Shown here: piece by piece, positions 33,202 to 42,914 of the stretch | Numbering within the stretch: the first letter of the stretch is position 1 | Layout of the letters: every line of letters begins with the position of its first letter | Source: an uncultured Pseudomonadota bacterium | GTDB lineage: Bacteria; Pseudomonadota; Alphaproteobacteria; JACZXZ01 | Direction: 5' to 3' | Length of the DNA stretch: 64,000 bases | Assembly: GCA_963749075.1 (NCBI GenBank) | Contig: CAVVLJ010000004.1 | Location: 384,001-448,000, forward strand | Made by a program: the position numbers and the translations under genes | The notes under the pieces: generated by a model | What the model saw: the letters and a program-made list of their open reading frames with translations, nothing else | Told to the model about the DNA's origin: nothing | Databases searched by the model: none

Positions 33202-34134
33202 ATGATGGAAGAACGCGCCAGCGCGATCGATCCAGGAGCGGCAACGCTGAAGGCCGCGGCGGCATCGCCGCTCCTCGGCGTTTACGCGGCGGCGGCGTTC
33301 TCGACCCTCGTGTGGAGCGCCACGCCGATCTTCACCAAGATCGCGGTGGAGGGCTTCGATCCGCTCCTCGTCGGCGTGCTGCGCAGCGTGCTCTCGGGGC
33401 TCGCCATCCTGCCCGTGGCGCTCGTCGTCCGCTTGCCGCTGCCGCGCACCCGGCAGGACGCTCTCCTCCTCCTCTATACGGCGCTCGGCGGCTTCGTCGT
33501 CCTGCCGATCCTCTTTGCCTTCGGGCTGCGCTACACGACCGCGAGCCACATGGCGCTCATCCTGGTGGTGCAGCCGGTCTTTACGGGCGCCATCGCGGCG
33601 GTCGTCGAGCGGCGCTTCCCCGGCCGGCGCTGGGCGCTCGGCTGCGCCGTGGCGCTGGCGGGCGAGGTGGCGCTCATCGACCTTCGCCTCGGCCTCGATA
33701 CGGCGGGCAGCACCTGGGGCGATTGCCTCATTCTCGCCGGCAGCGTCTCGGCGTCGGCGGGCTATGTCGCGGGCGGGCGGCTCGCGCGCCGCATCGGCAC
33801 CTGGGCCACGACGGTGTGGGGCAATCTTTTGGGCGGCGTCATCATGCTGGTGCCGCTCGCGATCTTCGGCCCCGCCGCGGCGTGGCAGCAGGCGACGCTT
33901 CCCGTGTGGTCCTCGCTCGCCTATCTCGCCGTCTGCTCCTCCATCATCGGCTACAGTGCCTGGTACTGGGCGCTGGGCAAGGGCGGCATCGCGCGCATAG
34001 GTGCCGCACAGTTCGCCATGCCGGTCTTGACCGTGGCCCTCGCGATCCTCTTTCTCGGCGAGCGGCTCACGCTGCCGCTCGTCCTTGCGGCCCTCGTCGT
34101 CCTCGCCGGCGTGTGGCTCGCGCAGCATCGTTGA
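33202..34134 (+). CDS. DMT/EamA family transporter
   Basis: About 10 hydrophobic segments in two repeats, GD.L.L, LFLGERL. Confidence 0.9.
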   Translation: MMEERASAIDPGAATLKAAAASPLLGVYAAAAFSTLVWSATPIFTKIAVEGFDPLLVGVLRSVLSGLAILPVALVVRLPLPRTRQDALLLLYTALGGFVVLPILFAFGLRYTTASHMALILVVQPVFTGAIAAVVERRFPGRRWALGCAVALAGEVALIDLRLGLDTAGSTWGDCLILAGSVSASAGYVAGGRLARRIGTWATTVWGNLLGGVIMLVPLAIFGPAAAWQQATLPVWSSLAYLAVCSSIIGYSAWYWALGKGGIARIGAAQFAMPVLTVALAILFLGERLTLPLVLAALVVLAGVWLAQHR

Positions 34135-34147
34135 CGGAGGGAGAGCC

Positions 34148-35131
34148 TTGTTCACGCTCGATCAGCTGGAAACCGCCGCAGCCCTCGTCCATGAGGTGAT
34201 CCCGCCCACGCCGCAGATCTGCTGGCCGCTCCTCTCCGAGCGCGCGGGCGCCGAGGTATGGGTCAAGCACGAGAACCACACGCCGATCGGCGCCTTCAAG
34301 CTGCGCGGCGGCCTCGTCTACATGGCTGGGCTCAAGCGGGAAGAGCCCGGCCTCGCGGGCGTCGTCACGGCGACGCGCGGCAATCACGGCCAGAGCGTCG
34401 CCTTCGCGGCCCGCCGTCACGGCATCAAGGCGGTGATCGTGGTGCCGCATGGCAACAGCGTCGAGAAGAACCGCGCCATGCGGGCGTTCGGCGCCGAGCT
34501 CGTCGAGCACGGCCACGACTTCCAGGCCGCTTACGAACACGCCGTCTCGCTCGCCGAGGCGGAGAGGCTCCACTTGCTGCGCTCGTATCATCCGCGGCTC
34601 GTGCTCGGCGTCGCCACCTACAGCCTCGAGTTCCTCAGGACGGCAGCCGGGCTCGACACGGTCTATGTCCCGATCGGCCTCGGCTCGGGCATCAGCGGCA
34701 TGATCGCGGCGCGCGGCGCGCTCGGCCTCAAGACCAAGATCGTGGGCGTGGTCGCCGAGGCGGCGCCCGCCTACGCGCTCTCCTTCGCGGCGGGAAAGCC
34801 GGTCTCGACCAACTCTGCCGACACCATCGCCGACGGTGTGGCCTGCCGCGTGCCAGTGGCGGAGGCGGTCGCCGTCATCAACCGCGGCGCGGAGCGCATC
34901 GTGCGCGTGAGCGAGGTGGAGATCGCCGCCGCAATGCGGCATTATTTCACCGACACCCACAACGTCGCCGAGGGTGCGGGTGCTGTGCCGCTCGCCGCGC
35001 TCCTCAAGGAGCGCCGGGCGATGGCAGGCAAACGCGTCGGCCTCGTGCTCTCCGGCGGCAACGTCGACCGCGCGCTCTTCGCCCCCATCATCGCGCGCGA
35101 GGACGACGGCGAGGAAGGAGGACGACCGTGA
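34148..35131 (+). CDS. PLP-dependent serine/threonine dehydratase-like enzyme without ACT domain (TTG start)
   Basis: KHENHTPIGAFKLRGG, TRGNHGQ, PIGLGSG, LSGGNVD. Confidence 0.9.
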   Translation: MFTLDQLETAAALVHEVIPPTPQICWPLLSERAGAEVWVKHENHTPIGAFKLRGGLVYMAGLKREEPGLAGVVTATRGNHGQSVAFAARRHGIKAVIVVPHGNSVEKNRAMRAFGAELVEHGHDFQAAYEHAVSLAEAERLHLLRSYHPRLVLGVATYSLEFLRTAAGLDTVYVPIGLGSGISGMIAARGALGLKTKIVGVVAEAAPAYALSFAAGKPVSTNSADTIADGVACRVPVAEAVAVINRGAERIVRVSEVEIAAAMRHYFTDTHNVAEGAGAVPLAALLKERRAMAGKRVGLVLSGGNVDRALFAPIIAREDDGEEGGRP

Positions 35132-35844
35132 CCGAGGAGCTCTTCCGCCACGACCATTATCTCAAGCGCTGCGAGGCCACGGTCACCGAGGCCGATGCCT
35201 TCGGCATCCGCCTCGACCGCACGGTTTTCTATCCGACGGGCGGCGGCCAGCCGGGCGACAGCGGCACGCTCACGCTCGCCGACGGCCGCGCGCTACGCAT
35301 CGCCGATACGCGCAAGGGGACGGCACCCGGCGAGATCCTGCACAACCCGGAGCCCGGACAGCCGCTGCCTCAGGTGGGCGACAAGGTGACGGCCGAGATC
35401 GATTGGCAGCGCCGCTACCGCCACATGCGGATCCACACCTCGCTGCACCTTCTCTCCGCCGTCATCCCGGCTGGCGTCACCGGCGGGCAGATCGGCGACG
35501 GCAAGGGCCGCCTCGACTTCGACACCCAGGAGGCGCTGGACAAAGACGTGATCGCCGAGAAGATCAACAGGCTCATCGCCGAGGACCATAAGGTCGGCAC
35601 GCGCTGGATCACCGACGAGGAGCTCGCGGCCAATCCCGAGCTCGTGCGCACCATGTCGGTCAAGCCGCCGGTGGGCCAGGGCCGCGTGCGTCTCCTCGAC
35701 ATCGAGGGCGTCGACCTGCAGCCCTGCGGCGGCACCCACGTGGCGCGCACCGGCGAGATCGGCGCCATCGCCGTCACCAAGATCGAGAGCAAGGGCAAGC
35801 ACAACCGCCGCGTCATCGTCGCCTTTGCCGACGAGGCGGGCTGA
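35128..35844 (+). CDS. Free-standing alanyl-tRNA editing protein (AlaX)
   Basis: FYPTGGGQPGD, HTSLH and CGGTH zinc motifs; GTG start overlaps the upstream stop. Confidence 0.92.
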   Translation: MTEELFRHDHYLKRCEATVTEADAFGIRLDRTVFYPTGGGQPGDSGTLTLADGRALRIADTRKGTAPGEILHNPEPGQPLPQVGDKVTAEIDWQRRYRHMRIHTSLHLLSAVIPAGVTGGQIGDGKGRLDFDTQEALDKDVIAEKINRLIAEDHKVGTRWITDEELAANPELVRTMSVKPPVGQGRVRLLDIEGVDLQPCGGTHVARTGEIGAIAVTKIESKGKHNRRVIVAFADEAG

Positions 35845-35852
35845 GAGGCGCC

Positions 35853-36639
35853 ATGCGCATCCCGCTCTACCAGATCGACGCCTTCGCCTCTCGCCCCTTT
35901 GCGGGCAATCCGGCGGCGGTGTGCCCGCTCGAGCGCTGGCTCGACGACACGACCATGCAGTCGATCGCGACCGAGAACAATCTCTCCGAGACCGCCTTTT
36001 TCGTGAGGCGCGGCGAGGACTTCGATATCCGCTGGTTCACGCCCGTGGCCGAGGTCGACCTCGCCGGCCACCCGACGCTGGCCACGGCCTATGTCATCCT
36101 CGAGATCCTCGAGCCCAGGCGCGAGGGCGTGCGCTTCCATACGCAAAAGTCGGGCGCGCTTTCCGTGACGCGCGCGGGCGACAGGCTCGCGATGGATTTC
36201 CCCGCGCGTCCGCCGGGCAGCCAAGCCCGGCCTTGGCGACGTGGCGGCGGCGCTCGGCGCCGAGCCGCGGGAGGTGCTCGCCGCGCGCGACGGCTTCGCC
36301 GTCTTCGCGAGCGAGGCCGAGGTCGAGGCGCTCAAGCCCGATTTCGCCAAGGTGGCGGGGCTCGACTGCATGGGCCTCATCGCGACGGCGCCGGGCGACG
36401 GCGGCGTCGATTTCGTCTCGCGCTTCTTCGCACCCAAGCACGACATCAACGAGGACCCGGTCACCGGCTCGGCCCACTCGACGCTCATCCCTTATTGGGC
36501 GGCCAAGCTCGGCAAGCGCCGGCTCTTCGCGCGCCAGCTCTCCAAGCGCGGCGGCGAGATCTGGTGCGAGCACCGCGGCGAGCGCGTCGAGATCGCCGGC
36601 CAGTGCGCCCGTTTCATGGAGGGGACGATTACCCTGTGA
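35853..36639 (+). CDS. PhzF family isomerase; apparent +1 frameshift near 36215
   Basis: DAF..GNPAAV, NLSETAF, RWFTP.EVDLAGHPTLA, SRFFAP, EDPVTGSAH. Confidence 0.88.
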
Positions 36640-37123
36640 GCGCCGTCGGCGACCGTCGTCATCACGGACGCGGAGGGTGCCGCCGAGTCTCGAGCTGGTG
36701 CGCGCGCTCTTCGGCGAATATGCCGACTGGCTCGGCTTCAGCCTCGAGTACCAGGGCTTCGCCGCGGAGCTCGCGGGCCTGCCCGGCAAATACGCGCGGC
36801 CCGCCGGGCGGCTCCTCCTCGCCCGCGTTGCGGACCAGCCCGCCGGCATCGTGGCGCTGCGCCCGCTCGAGCCCGGCATCGCGGAGTTGAAACGCCTCTT
36901 CGTGCGGCCGGCCTTCCGCGGGCAGCGGCTCGGCGAGGCGCTCGTCGAGCGTACGATCGCGGAAGCGCGCGCGGTCGGCTACCAAGCGCTGCGCCTCGAC
37001 ACCATCCGCGGCAAGATGGACGCGGCGATGGCGCTCTATCGGCGCTACGGCTTCGTCGAGGTGCCCGCCTATTACGCGAGCCCGATTGCGGGGACGGCGT
37101 ATCTCGAGCTAAAGCTTGCGTGA
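36636..37123 (+). CDS. GNAT family N-acetyltransferase; 5' end disrupted by apparent indels
   Basis: ELAGLPGKY, ELKRLFVRPAFRGQRLG, LRLDT..AMALYRRYGF. Confidence 0.85.
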
Positions 37124-37127
37124 GCAT

Positions 37128-37283
37128 ATCCCCTCTCCTCCTTCAGGAGGAGAGGGTCGGGGTGAGGAGGCGGCTTTGCCAGGCACATCGTTGGCCGCAG
37201 AGTTGCCCAAGCGCTCGGCCTCCTCACCTTCCCATCGCTTTGCGATGGGCCCCTTCCTCTCCTCCTGAAGGAGGAGAGGAATA
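37128..37283. repeat. Inverted pair of REP-like palindromes, family A variant
   Basis: CCCTCTCCTCCTTCAGGAGGAGAGGG..GGTGAGGAGGC and an inverted copy carrying an extra CCCATCGC-TTT-GCGATGGG hairpin. Confidence 0.8.
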
Positions 37284-37399
37284 AGTCCTTCATCTTCGAT
37301 TGCCGAAATTCAACCTGAGACACGGCCCCGCAGTCGAGCCCGTGCGCCGAACCCGTTTTGCTGCTATCATCGCCGCGGTCGGCGCGCGGGAGTGGGCAT

Positions 37400-37663
37400 A
37401 TGTCCGAAGTGATTGAGCCACTGATCCTCGATCTCCTCGAGTGGATCGCGGGACGGCCGCGTACCTACGCCGAGGTCATGGAGGCGTGGCGCACCTCCTG
37501 CCCGCGGCTCACGGTGTGGGAAGAGGCCGCCGAGCGCGGCCTGCTCGTCCGCGAGCATGCCGGGGGCAACGGCCGGATCATCCGCCTGACGGCGAATGGT
37601 GAGCGCCTTCTCCGCGAGCAGGGTCGTCTTCCGGCGCAATCGGACGCCTTGCGGGTGTCGTAG
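37400..37663 (+). CDS. Small hypothetical protein (possible winged helix)
   Basis: LILDLLEWI..TYAEVMEAWRTSCPRLTVWE; GGGAG RBS; host-like codon use. Confidence 0.7.
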   Translation: MSEVIEPLILDLLEWIAGRPRTYAEVMEAWRTSCPRLTVWEEAAERGLLVREHAGGNGRIIRLTANGERLLREQGRLPAQSDALRVS

Positions 37664-38470
37664 CTACGACTTCCCGCCGCCGCAGTCGGCGTAGCTCGCG
37701 CAGAAATGGTCGAAGCGGACGACGAGCGGCAGGAAGACCACGGAGACGCTGAGCGAGAGGGGTACCAAGCGGCCGTCGCCGGAGAAGGTCGCCTCGGCGG
37801 GGCGGGGTGAATCGTCCGGGTCGCCGTCCTCGCCGCTCGCTCCCTTGAAGCCGGCGATGGGGCGCAACACGAGCTTCAAGCGGACGTCCTTCTTCCCATC
37901 CTCGGCCGGCTCGACCTCGACGGCCACGTCGAAGCGCCTGGCACCGTCATAGACCGGCACCGAGAAGCGGCTGCCCGGAGCCGGCAGCCCGGCGCGCAGC
38001 CTCTCGCGGATGGCGACCACCGCGGAAATGGGATCGAGCACGTTCTGCCGGTAGCGTTCCGCGAGCGGCGGCTTCCTCCGGTTCTCCTCGGCGCTGCGCT
38101 CGGCGACCGTGGCGCCGTCGCGCGCGACGAAGCTCATGCTGACGCGCACGTCGTGCCATTTGCGCAAATCGTAGCGCGCCTCGTAGTGCGAGGGTGCCGC
38201 GGCACCGCCCGTGGCGAAGCGTCCTTCGCTCGCGGCATCGCCGCGGAAGCGCGTGATCCAGCGCGAGAGCCCCTTGGTCTCGATGTGGACCTCGTCGTGG
38301 TAGTGCTCCCCGCTTTGGCTGAACTTGAGCCGCACCTCGGCGGCCGGCAGGCCGGCCCAGCTCGCCCGGTAGAACGCGATGATCTCATCGGCGCGGCCGG
38401 CGCCTGCCCCGGCGGCGCTCGTCGCAGCGAGGGCCAAGGCCGCGAATGCTGTGACTACGGCGCGGCGCAT
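37664..38470 (-). CDS. DUF3108-like secreted protein
   Basis: Signal peptide, YRASWAGLPA, LDPISA, PVYDGARRFD. Confidence 0.75.
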   Translation of the reverse strand: MRRAVVTAFAALALAATSAAGAGAGRADEIIAFYRASWAGLPAAEVRLKFSQSGEHYHDEVHIETKGLSRWITRFRGDAASEGRFATGGAAAPSHYEARYDLRKWHDVRVSMSFVARDGATVAERSAEENRRKPPLAERYRQNVLDPISAVVAIRERLRAGLPAPGSRFSVPVYDGARRFDVAVEVEPAEDGKKDVRLKLVLRPIAGFKGASGEDGDPDDSPRPAEATFSGDGRLVPLSLSVSVVFLPLVVRFDHFCASYADCGGGKS

Positions 38471-38581
38471 GAGGCATTATGACTCCGATTGCGCGGCGAC
38501 GCGAAATCGCTTCGCCCGGCAGCAGGCTGAGCTATCATGCCGCCCACGCACGCTGTTCGCGAAGGAAATCCGGAGGACGCC

Positions 38582-39641
38582 TTGAGCAAATACAAGATCG
38601 CCGTCATCGCCGGCGACGGCATCGGCAACGAGGTGGTGCCCGAGGGCATCAAGGTGCTCGAGGCCGCCGGGCGCCGCTTCGGCGTCGACTTCGCCTGGCA
38701 GCATTTCCCCTGGAGCTGTGAGTGGTACAAGAAGACCGGGCGCATGATGCCCGAGGACGGCCTCCAGCAGCTCGCGGCGTTCGACGCCATCTATTTGGGC
38801 GCCATCGGCTTCCCGGGCGTGCCCGACCACGTCTCGCTGTGGGAGCTCCTCATCCCCATCCGCCGCGGCTTCCGCCAATACGTCAACCTGCGCCCGGTGC
38901 GGCTTTTGAAGGGCGTCGAGAGTCCCTTGCGCGGGCGTCAGCCCGGCGACATCGATTTCTACATCGTGCGCGAGAACAACGAGGGCGAATATTCCGATGT
39001 GGGCGGGCGCATCTATCCCGGGACGGACGCCGAGATGTGCGTGCAGGAGACCGTCTTCACCCGCAAGGGCGTCGACCGCGTCATGCGCTACGCCTTCGAG
39101 CTTGCGAGCTCGCGCGCCAAGAAGCACCTCACGTCCGCCACCAAGTCGAACGGCATCAAGCACACCATGCCCTATTGGGACGAGCGCTTCAAAGCACTCG
39201 CCGCGGACTATCCCCAAGTGCGCACCGACCAGTTCCACATCGACATCCTCTGCGCGCACTTCGTGCTGCATCCGGACTGGTTCGACGTGGTGGTCGGCAG
39301 CAATCTCTTCGGCGACATCCTCTCCGATCTCGGCCCCGCCGTGACCGGCACCATCGCCATCGCACCCGGCGCCAACATCAACCCGGAGCGCGAGTTCCCC
39401 TCCTGCTTCGAGCCGGTGCACGGCTCCGCACCCGACATTGCCGGGCGCGGCATCGCCAACCCGATCGGCCAGAATCTGGTCGGGCGCCATGATGCTCGAC
39501 CACCTGGGCGAGAAGGCGGCAGGGGCCGCGATCGAGGGCGCCATCGCCAAGGTGCTCGCCGAGAGCGACGTGCGCACCCGCGACATGGGCGGGCAGGCCA
39601 CCACCGCGGAGATGGGCAAGGCCATAGCCTCGGCGCTGTGA
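38582..39641 (+). CDS. Tartrate dehydrogenase/D-malate dehydrogenase (decarboxylating); apparent +1 frameshift near 39473
   Basis: GDGIGNEV, VPDHVSLW, RENNEGEY, SATKSNG, FEPVHGSAPDIAG; continues QIWSGAMMLDHLG after removing one A. Confidence 0.9.
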
Positions 39642-39767
39642 GCCGCAGGGCCGCTTGACTTGCCGCAATTTTAGGCCGGCGAGTGGCGCATGACTGTGCA
39701 GCGAGCCATGCTATTTCATCAATGGAGTCATCCGCTTAGCGCGCTTGTTGATTGCAAGATAGGCCTT

Positions 39768-39783
39768 ATGTTGCAATGCAATA
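39768..39783. promoter_or_regulatory. Palindromic TTGCA-n-TGCAA site upstream of the DUF1127 gene
   Basis: ATGTTGCAATGCAATA contains TGC-N3-GCA, resembling alphaproteobacterial PhaR/LysR-type sites. Regulator not determinable. Confidence 0.4.
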
Positions 39784-39843
39784 TAAAAGTCGTCGGAACG
39801 AGGGGGGCAGGCGTCCGGTCGAGAGTGATTGAGGAGACCGACC

Positions 39844-40230
39844 ATGTCGACCCGTAGAGTGCAGTTGAACGAGAGCGACTCGCCCGTGGAGTCCCTGGGC
39901 AGCTTCGAGCGTCTGACGCCTCCCTCGATGTTCGACGGCGAGCTGCTCATGAGGGCGGCGCGCCTGGAGCGCGACAGGGCCGTTGCCGGCTTGCTCGTCA
40001 AGCTCGGCCGCCACGTTGCCTGGCTGTGGCGGAAGGCGGTCGCCGAGCCCTTCAAGCGCTGGCTCGAGCGCGAGCGCACGATCCGCGAGCTCTCCTCCCT
40101 GCGCGCGCGCGAGCTTGCCGAGCTCGGCATTGCCCCCGGCATGATCCCCTATGTTGCCGCCGGCAAGGTTACCAACGAGCGCGGCTCGCCGGCCGCCAAC
40201 GAGAACGCACACCCGCGCCGCGCCGCCTGA
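39844..40230 (+). CDS. DUF1127 domain protein
   Basis: RWLERERTIRELSSLRARELAELGI, C-terminal AANEN..RRAA. Confidence 0.8.
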   Translation: MSTRRVQLNESDSPVESLGSFERLTPPSMFDGELLMRAARLERDRAVAGLLVKLGRHVAWLWRKAVAEPFKRWLERERTIRELSSLRARELAELGIAPGMIPYVAAGKVTNERGSPAANENAHPRRAA

Positions 40231-40240
40231 GGGGCCTCTA

Positions 40241-40266
40241 GAGGCGGCGGCTTCCGTCGCCGCCTC
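40241..40266 (+). terminator. GC-rich hairpin after the DUF1127 gene
   Basis: GAGGCGGCGGC-TTCC-GTCGCCGCCTC; no U-tract. Confidence 0.4.
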
Positions 40267-40311
40267 CGCTGTGCCACCCTCGCCGCTCCATGGGCGATGG
40301 GGGAGGGTGGG

Positions 40312-40761
40312 GTGGCCGAGCGCTATTACGAGGACTTCGCGGTGGGCGAGCGCATGGAGAGTGCGGGCGCCACGCTGAGCGAAGCTCAGATGATCGACTT
40401 CGCACTCGCTTACGACCCCCAGCCCTTCCACATCGACGCGGTCGCGGCCAGGCAGTCGATCTTCGGCGGCCTCGTGGCGAGCGGCCTGCACACCTTGGCA
40501 CTGAGCTGCCGCCTCTTCATCCAGTCGGGCGCCCTCGGCAACGCCAATCTGGGCGGGCCGGGCTTCGACGAGGTGCGCTTCCTGAGGCCGGTGCGGCCGG
40601 GCGATACGCTCAGGGTCGTGGCCGAGGTCGAGGCCATGCGCCCCTCGCGCTCCAAGCCCGACCGCGGCACGCTCTCGCTCAGATACCGCACCTTCAACCA
40701 GCGCGGCGAGGAGGTGCTGAGCTTCGTCTGCCTTCAGATCGTCCGGCGCCGGGCCGTCTGA
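40312..40761 (+). CDS. MaoC family dehydratase
   Basis: YYEDF, YDPQPFHID, GGLVASGLHT, RFLRPVRPGD. Confidence 0.9.
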   Translation: MAERYYEDFAVGERMESAGATLSEAQMIDFALAYDPQPFHIDAVAARQSIFGGLVASGLHTLALSCRLFIQSGALGNANLGGPGFDEVRFLRPVRPGDTLRVVAEVEAMRPSRSKPDRGTLSLRYRTFNQRGEEVLSFVCLQIVRRRAV

Positions 40762-40767
40762 GATGCC

Positions 40768-41466
40768 TCACGCGGCGAGCGGATAGCCCGGAAACCGGCG
40801 CGCGGCGCCGCCGTAGAGCGCCATCATGCGCTCGCGCCAGTCGAAGATCGCATCGTCGCGCTCGAGAAGCGCATAGGGGCTGATGGCGCGCGCCCAGGCG
40901 AACATGCCGAAGACGATGTGGTCGGCGTAGGCCGGCTCCGCACCCGCCATGAAGGGGCGCTCGCGGAGCTGCGCGCGGATCGGCTCGAGTGCCGCGCGCC
41001 AGGCCGGGAGCACCTTGTCGCGGCCGGCCTGCACGTCCTCAAGCCTGGCGCCGAGGCGCTCCTCGCGCGTCTTGCGGAAATAGGGCTGATCGACGGGCTC
41101 GAGATGCGCCCAGATGTCGGCGACGAGCATGCGCACGAGCAGCGGATGGAGCGCCGTGTCGACGAAGTGATTGACGAAGCGCGCGAGCGCGCGGGCCGAG
41201 GTGCTGCCGAAGAGCGGCGGGCGCTCCGGACAGCGGTCGTCGAGATGGCAGGCGATGTTCCAAGAATCGAAAACGCTCGCTTCGCCGTCGACCATGACGG
41301 GAACGCGCCCCTGGCCGGAGAAGGCGATCTTCTCCTTGTCGGTGAAGTGCCAGGGGCGGAACTCGGCTTCCAGGCCCTTGTGGGCGAGTGCTAAGCGCGT
41401 GCGCCAGCAGTACGGGCTGAAGCGGCGGTCGTCCTTGCCCGCGAGGTCGTAGACCACGATCGCCAT
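40768..41466 (-). CDS. Glutathione S-transferase family protein (LigE/beta-etherase-like clade)
   Basis: FSPYCWRTRLALAHKGL, VPVMVDG..DSWNIA, PAYAD. Confidence 0.88.
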   Translation of the reverse strand: MAIVVYDLAGKDDRRFSPYCWRTRLALAHKGLEAEFRPWHFTDKEKIAFSGQGRVPVMVDGEASVFDSWNIACHLDDRCPERPPLFGSTSARALARFVNHFVDTALHPLLVRMLVADIWAHLEPVDQPYFRKTREERLGARLEDVQAGRDKVLPAWRAALEPIRAQLRERPFMAGAEPAYADHIVFGMFAWARAISPYALLERDDAIFDWRERMMALYGGAARRFPGYPLAA

Positions 41467-41633
41467 CGGAAGCCCCTCCGCTCGGGCGGTTCAATCGAGC
41501 CCGGCAGCGCGAGGATGGGTGATCCCCACCGGGCGGTCAAGGCGCGCCAGGTTCCGGCGAGAGCAGCACCGTCCGTCCGATTTCCCTTTGGGCATCATGG
41601 TATTACCTTTCGAGCCGTGCTCAGCACCTCGCG

Positions 41634-41662
41634 TTGACGCAGTGCAGCATAGCCCCTACACT
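41634..41662 (+). promoter_or_regulatory. Putative sigma70 promoter of serC-serA
   Basis: TTGACG-N17-TACACT, 50 bp upstream of the serC ATG. Confidence 0.65.
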
Positions 41663-41712
41663 CGCGCCGCCTTGCCAAGCGCCGCGCCACGCAACCAGCG
41701 AAGCAGCCGACC

Positions 41713-42876
41713 ATGAAGCCAGCGATCCGGCCAACTGTGGCCCACTTCTCTTCCGGCCCCTGCACCAAGCGGCCGGGCTGGACGCCCGCAGCGCTCGCCG
41801 GCGCGGCACTCGGCCGCTCGCACCGCTCGCCCGAGGGCAAGGCCAAGCTCGCGGAGGTGATCGAGCTGAGCCGGCGGCTCCTCGGCGTGCCGCACGACTA
41901 CCGCATCGCCATCGTGCCCGCCTCCGATACGGGCGCCATCGAGATGGCGCTCTGGTCGCTTCTCGGCCCGCGCGGGGTCGACGTGCTGGCGTGGGAGAGC
42001 TTCGGCAAGGGCTGGGCCGCGGACGTGACCAAGGAGCTCAAGCTCAAGGACGTGCGCGTGCTCGAGGCGCCCTACGGCAAGCTCCCCGACCTGGCGCGAG
42101 TCGATTTCAACCGCGACGTGGTGTTCACCTGGAACGGCACCACCTCGGGCGTGCGCGTGCCGGACGGCGAGTGGATCGCCGCCGGCCGCGCCGGGCTCAC
42201 CATCTGCGATGCCACCTCGGCCGCCTTCGCCATGGCGCTGCCCTTCGAGCGCCTCGACGTGGTGAGCTACTCCTGGCAGAAGGTGCTGGGCGGCGAGGCT
42301 CAGCACGGCATGCTCATCCTCTCGCCGCGCGCGGCTGCCCGTTTGCTGAGCTACAGCCCGCCCTGGCCGCTCCCCAAGATCTTCCGCCTCGCCAAGGACG
42401 GCAAGCTCATGGAAGGGGTCTTCAAGGGCGAGACCATCAACACGCCCTCCATGCTCTCAGTCGAGGACGCACTCGACGGCCTGCGCTGGGCAGAAAGCAT
42501 CGGCGGGCTCGCGGCCCTCATCGCGCGCTCGGAAGCGAACCTCGCGGCGATCGCCGAGTGGGTGGCGCGCAGCCCCTGGGTCGGTTTTCTCGCCGAGGAC
42601 GTGCGCATCCGCTCCTGCACCTCCGTGTGCCTGACGTTCGCCGATCCGGCGATAGCCCGGCTGCCGCTCGACGCGCGCGCGGCCTTCGCCAAGCGGCTCG
42701 CCCGGCTCCTCGCCGACGAGGGCGTCGCCTACGACATCGAGGCCTATCGCGAGGCGCCGCCGGGCCTGCGCATCTGGGCGGGCGCCACCGTCGAGCGCGC
42801 CGATTTGGAGGCCCTCTTCCCCTGGCTCGACTGGGCCTTTGCCGCCGTGCGCGAGGAGTTCCTCGCGGTTAGCTGA
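41713..42876 (+). CDS. serC: Phosphoserine aminotransferase
   Basis: FSSGPC.KRPG, GRSHR, NGTTSGV, DATSA, SWQK; upstream of serA. Confidence 0.95.
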   Translation: MKPAIRPTVAHFSSGPCTKRPGWTPAALAGAALGRSHRSPEGKAKLAEVIELSRRLLGVPHDYRIAIVPASDTGAIEMALWSLLGPRGVDVLAWESFGKGWAADVTKELKLKDVRVLEAPYGKLPDLARVDFNRDVVFTWNGTTSGVRVPDGEWIAAGRAGLTICDATSAAFAMALPFERLDVVSYSWQKVLGGEAQHGMLILSPRAAARLLSYSPPWPLPKIFRLAKDGKLMEGVFKGETINTPSMLSVEDALDGLRWAESIGGLAALIARSEANLAAIAEWVARSPWVGFLAEDVRIRSCTSVCLTFADPAIARLPLDARAAFAKRLARLLADEGVAYDIEAYREAPPGLRIWAGATVERADLEALFPWLDWAFAAVREEFLAVS

Positions 42877-42914
42877 GGGATGTCGAGAGAAAGGACGCGC
42901 TCGCGGGCGCCGCC

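Noticed and set aside
40231-40311. Cuckoo/CcsR-type sRNAs downstream of the DUF1127 gene
   Set aside because: Only one GC hairpin and no CCTCCTCCC loop motifs.
41663-41712. Alphaproteobacterial serC leader RNA
   Set aside because: The short leader shows no recognisable hairpins of that motif by eye; a covariance-model search would be needed to exclude it.
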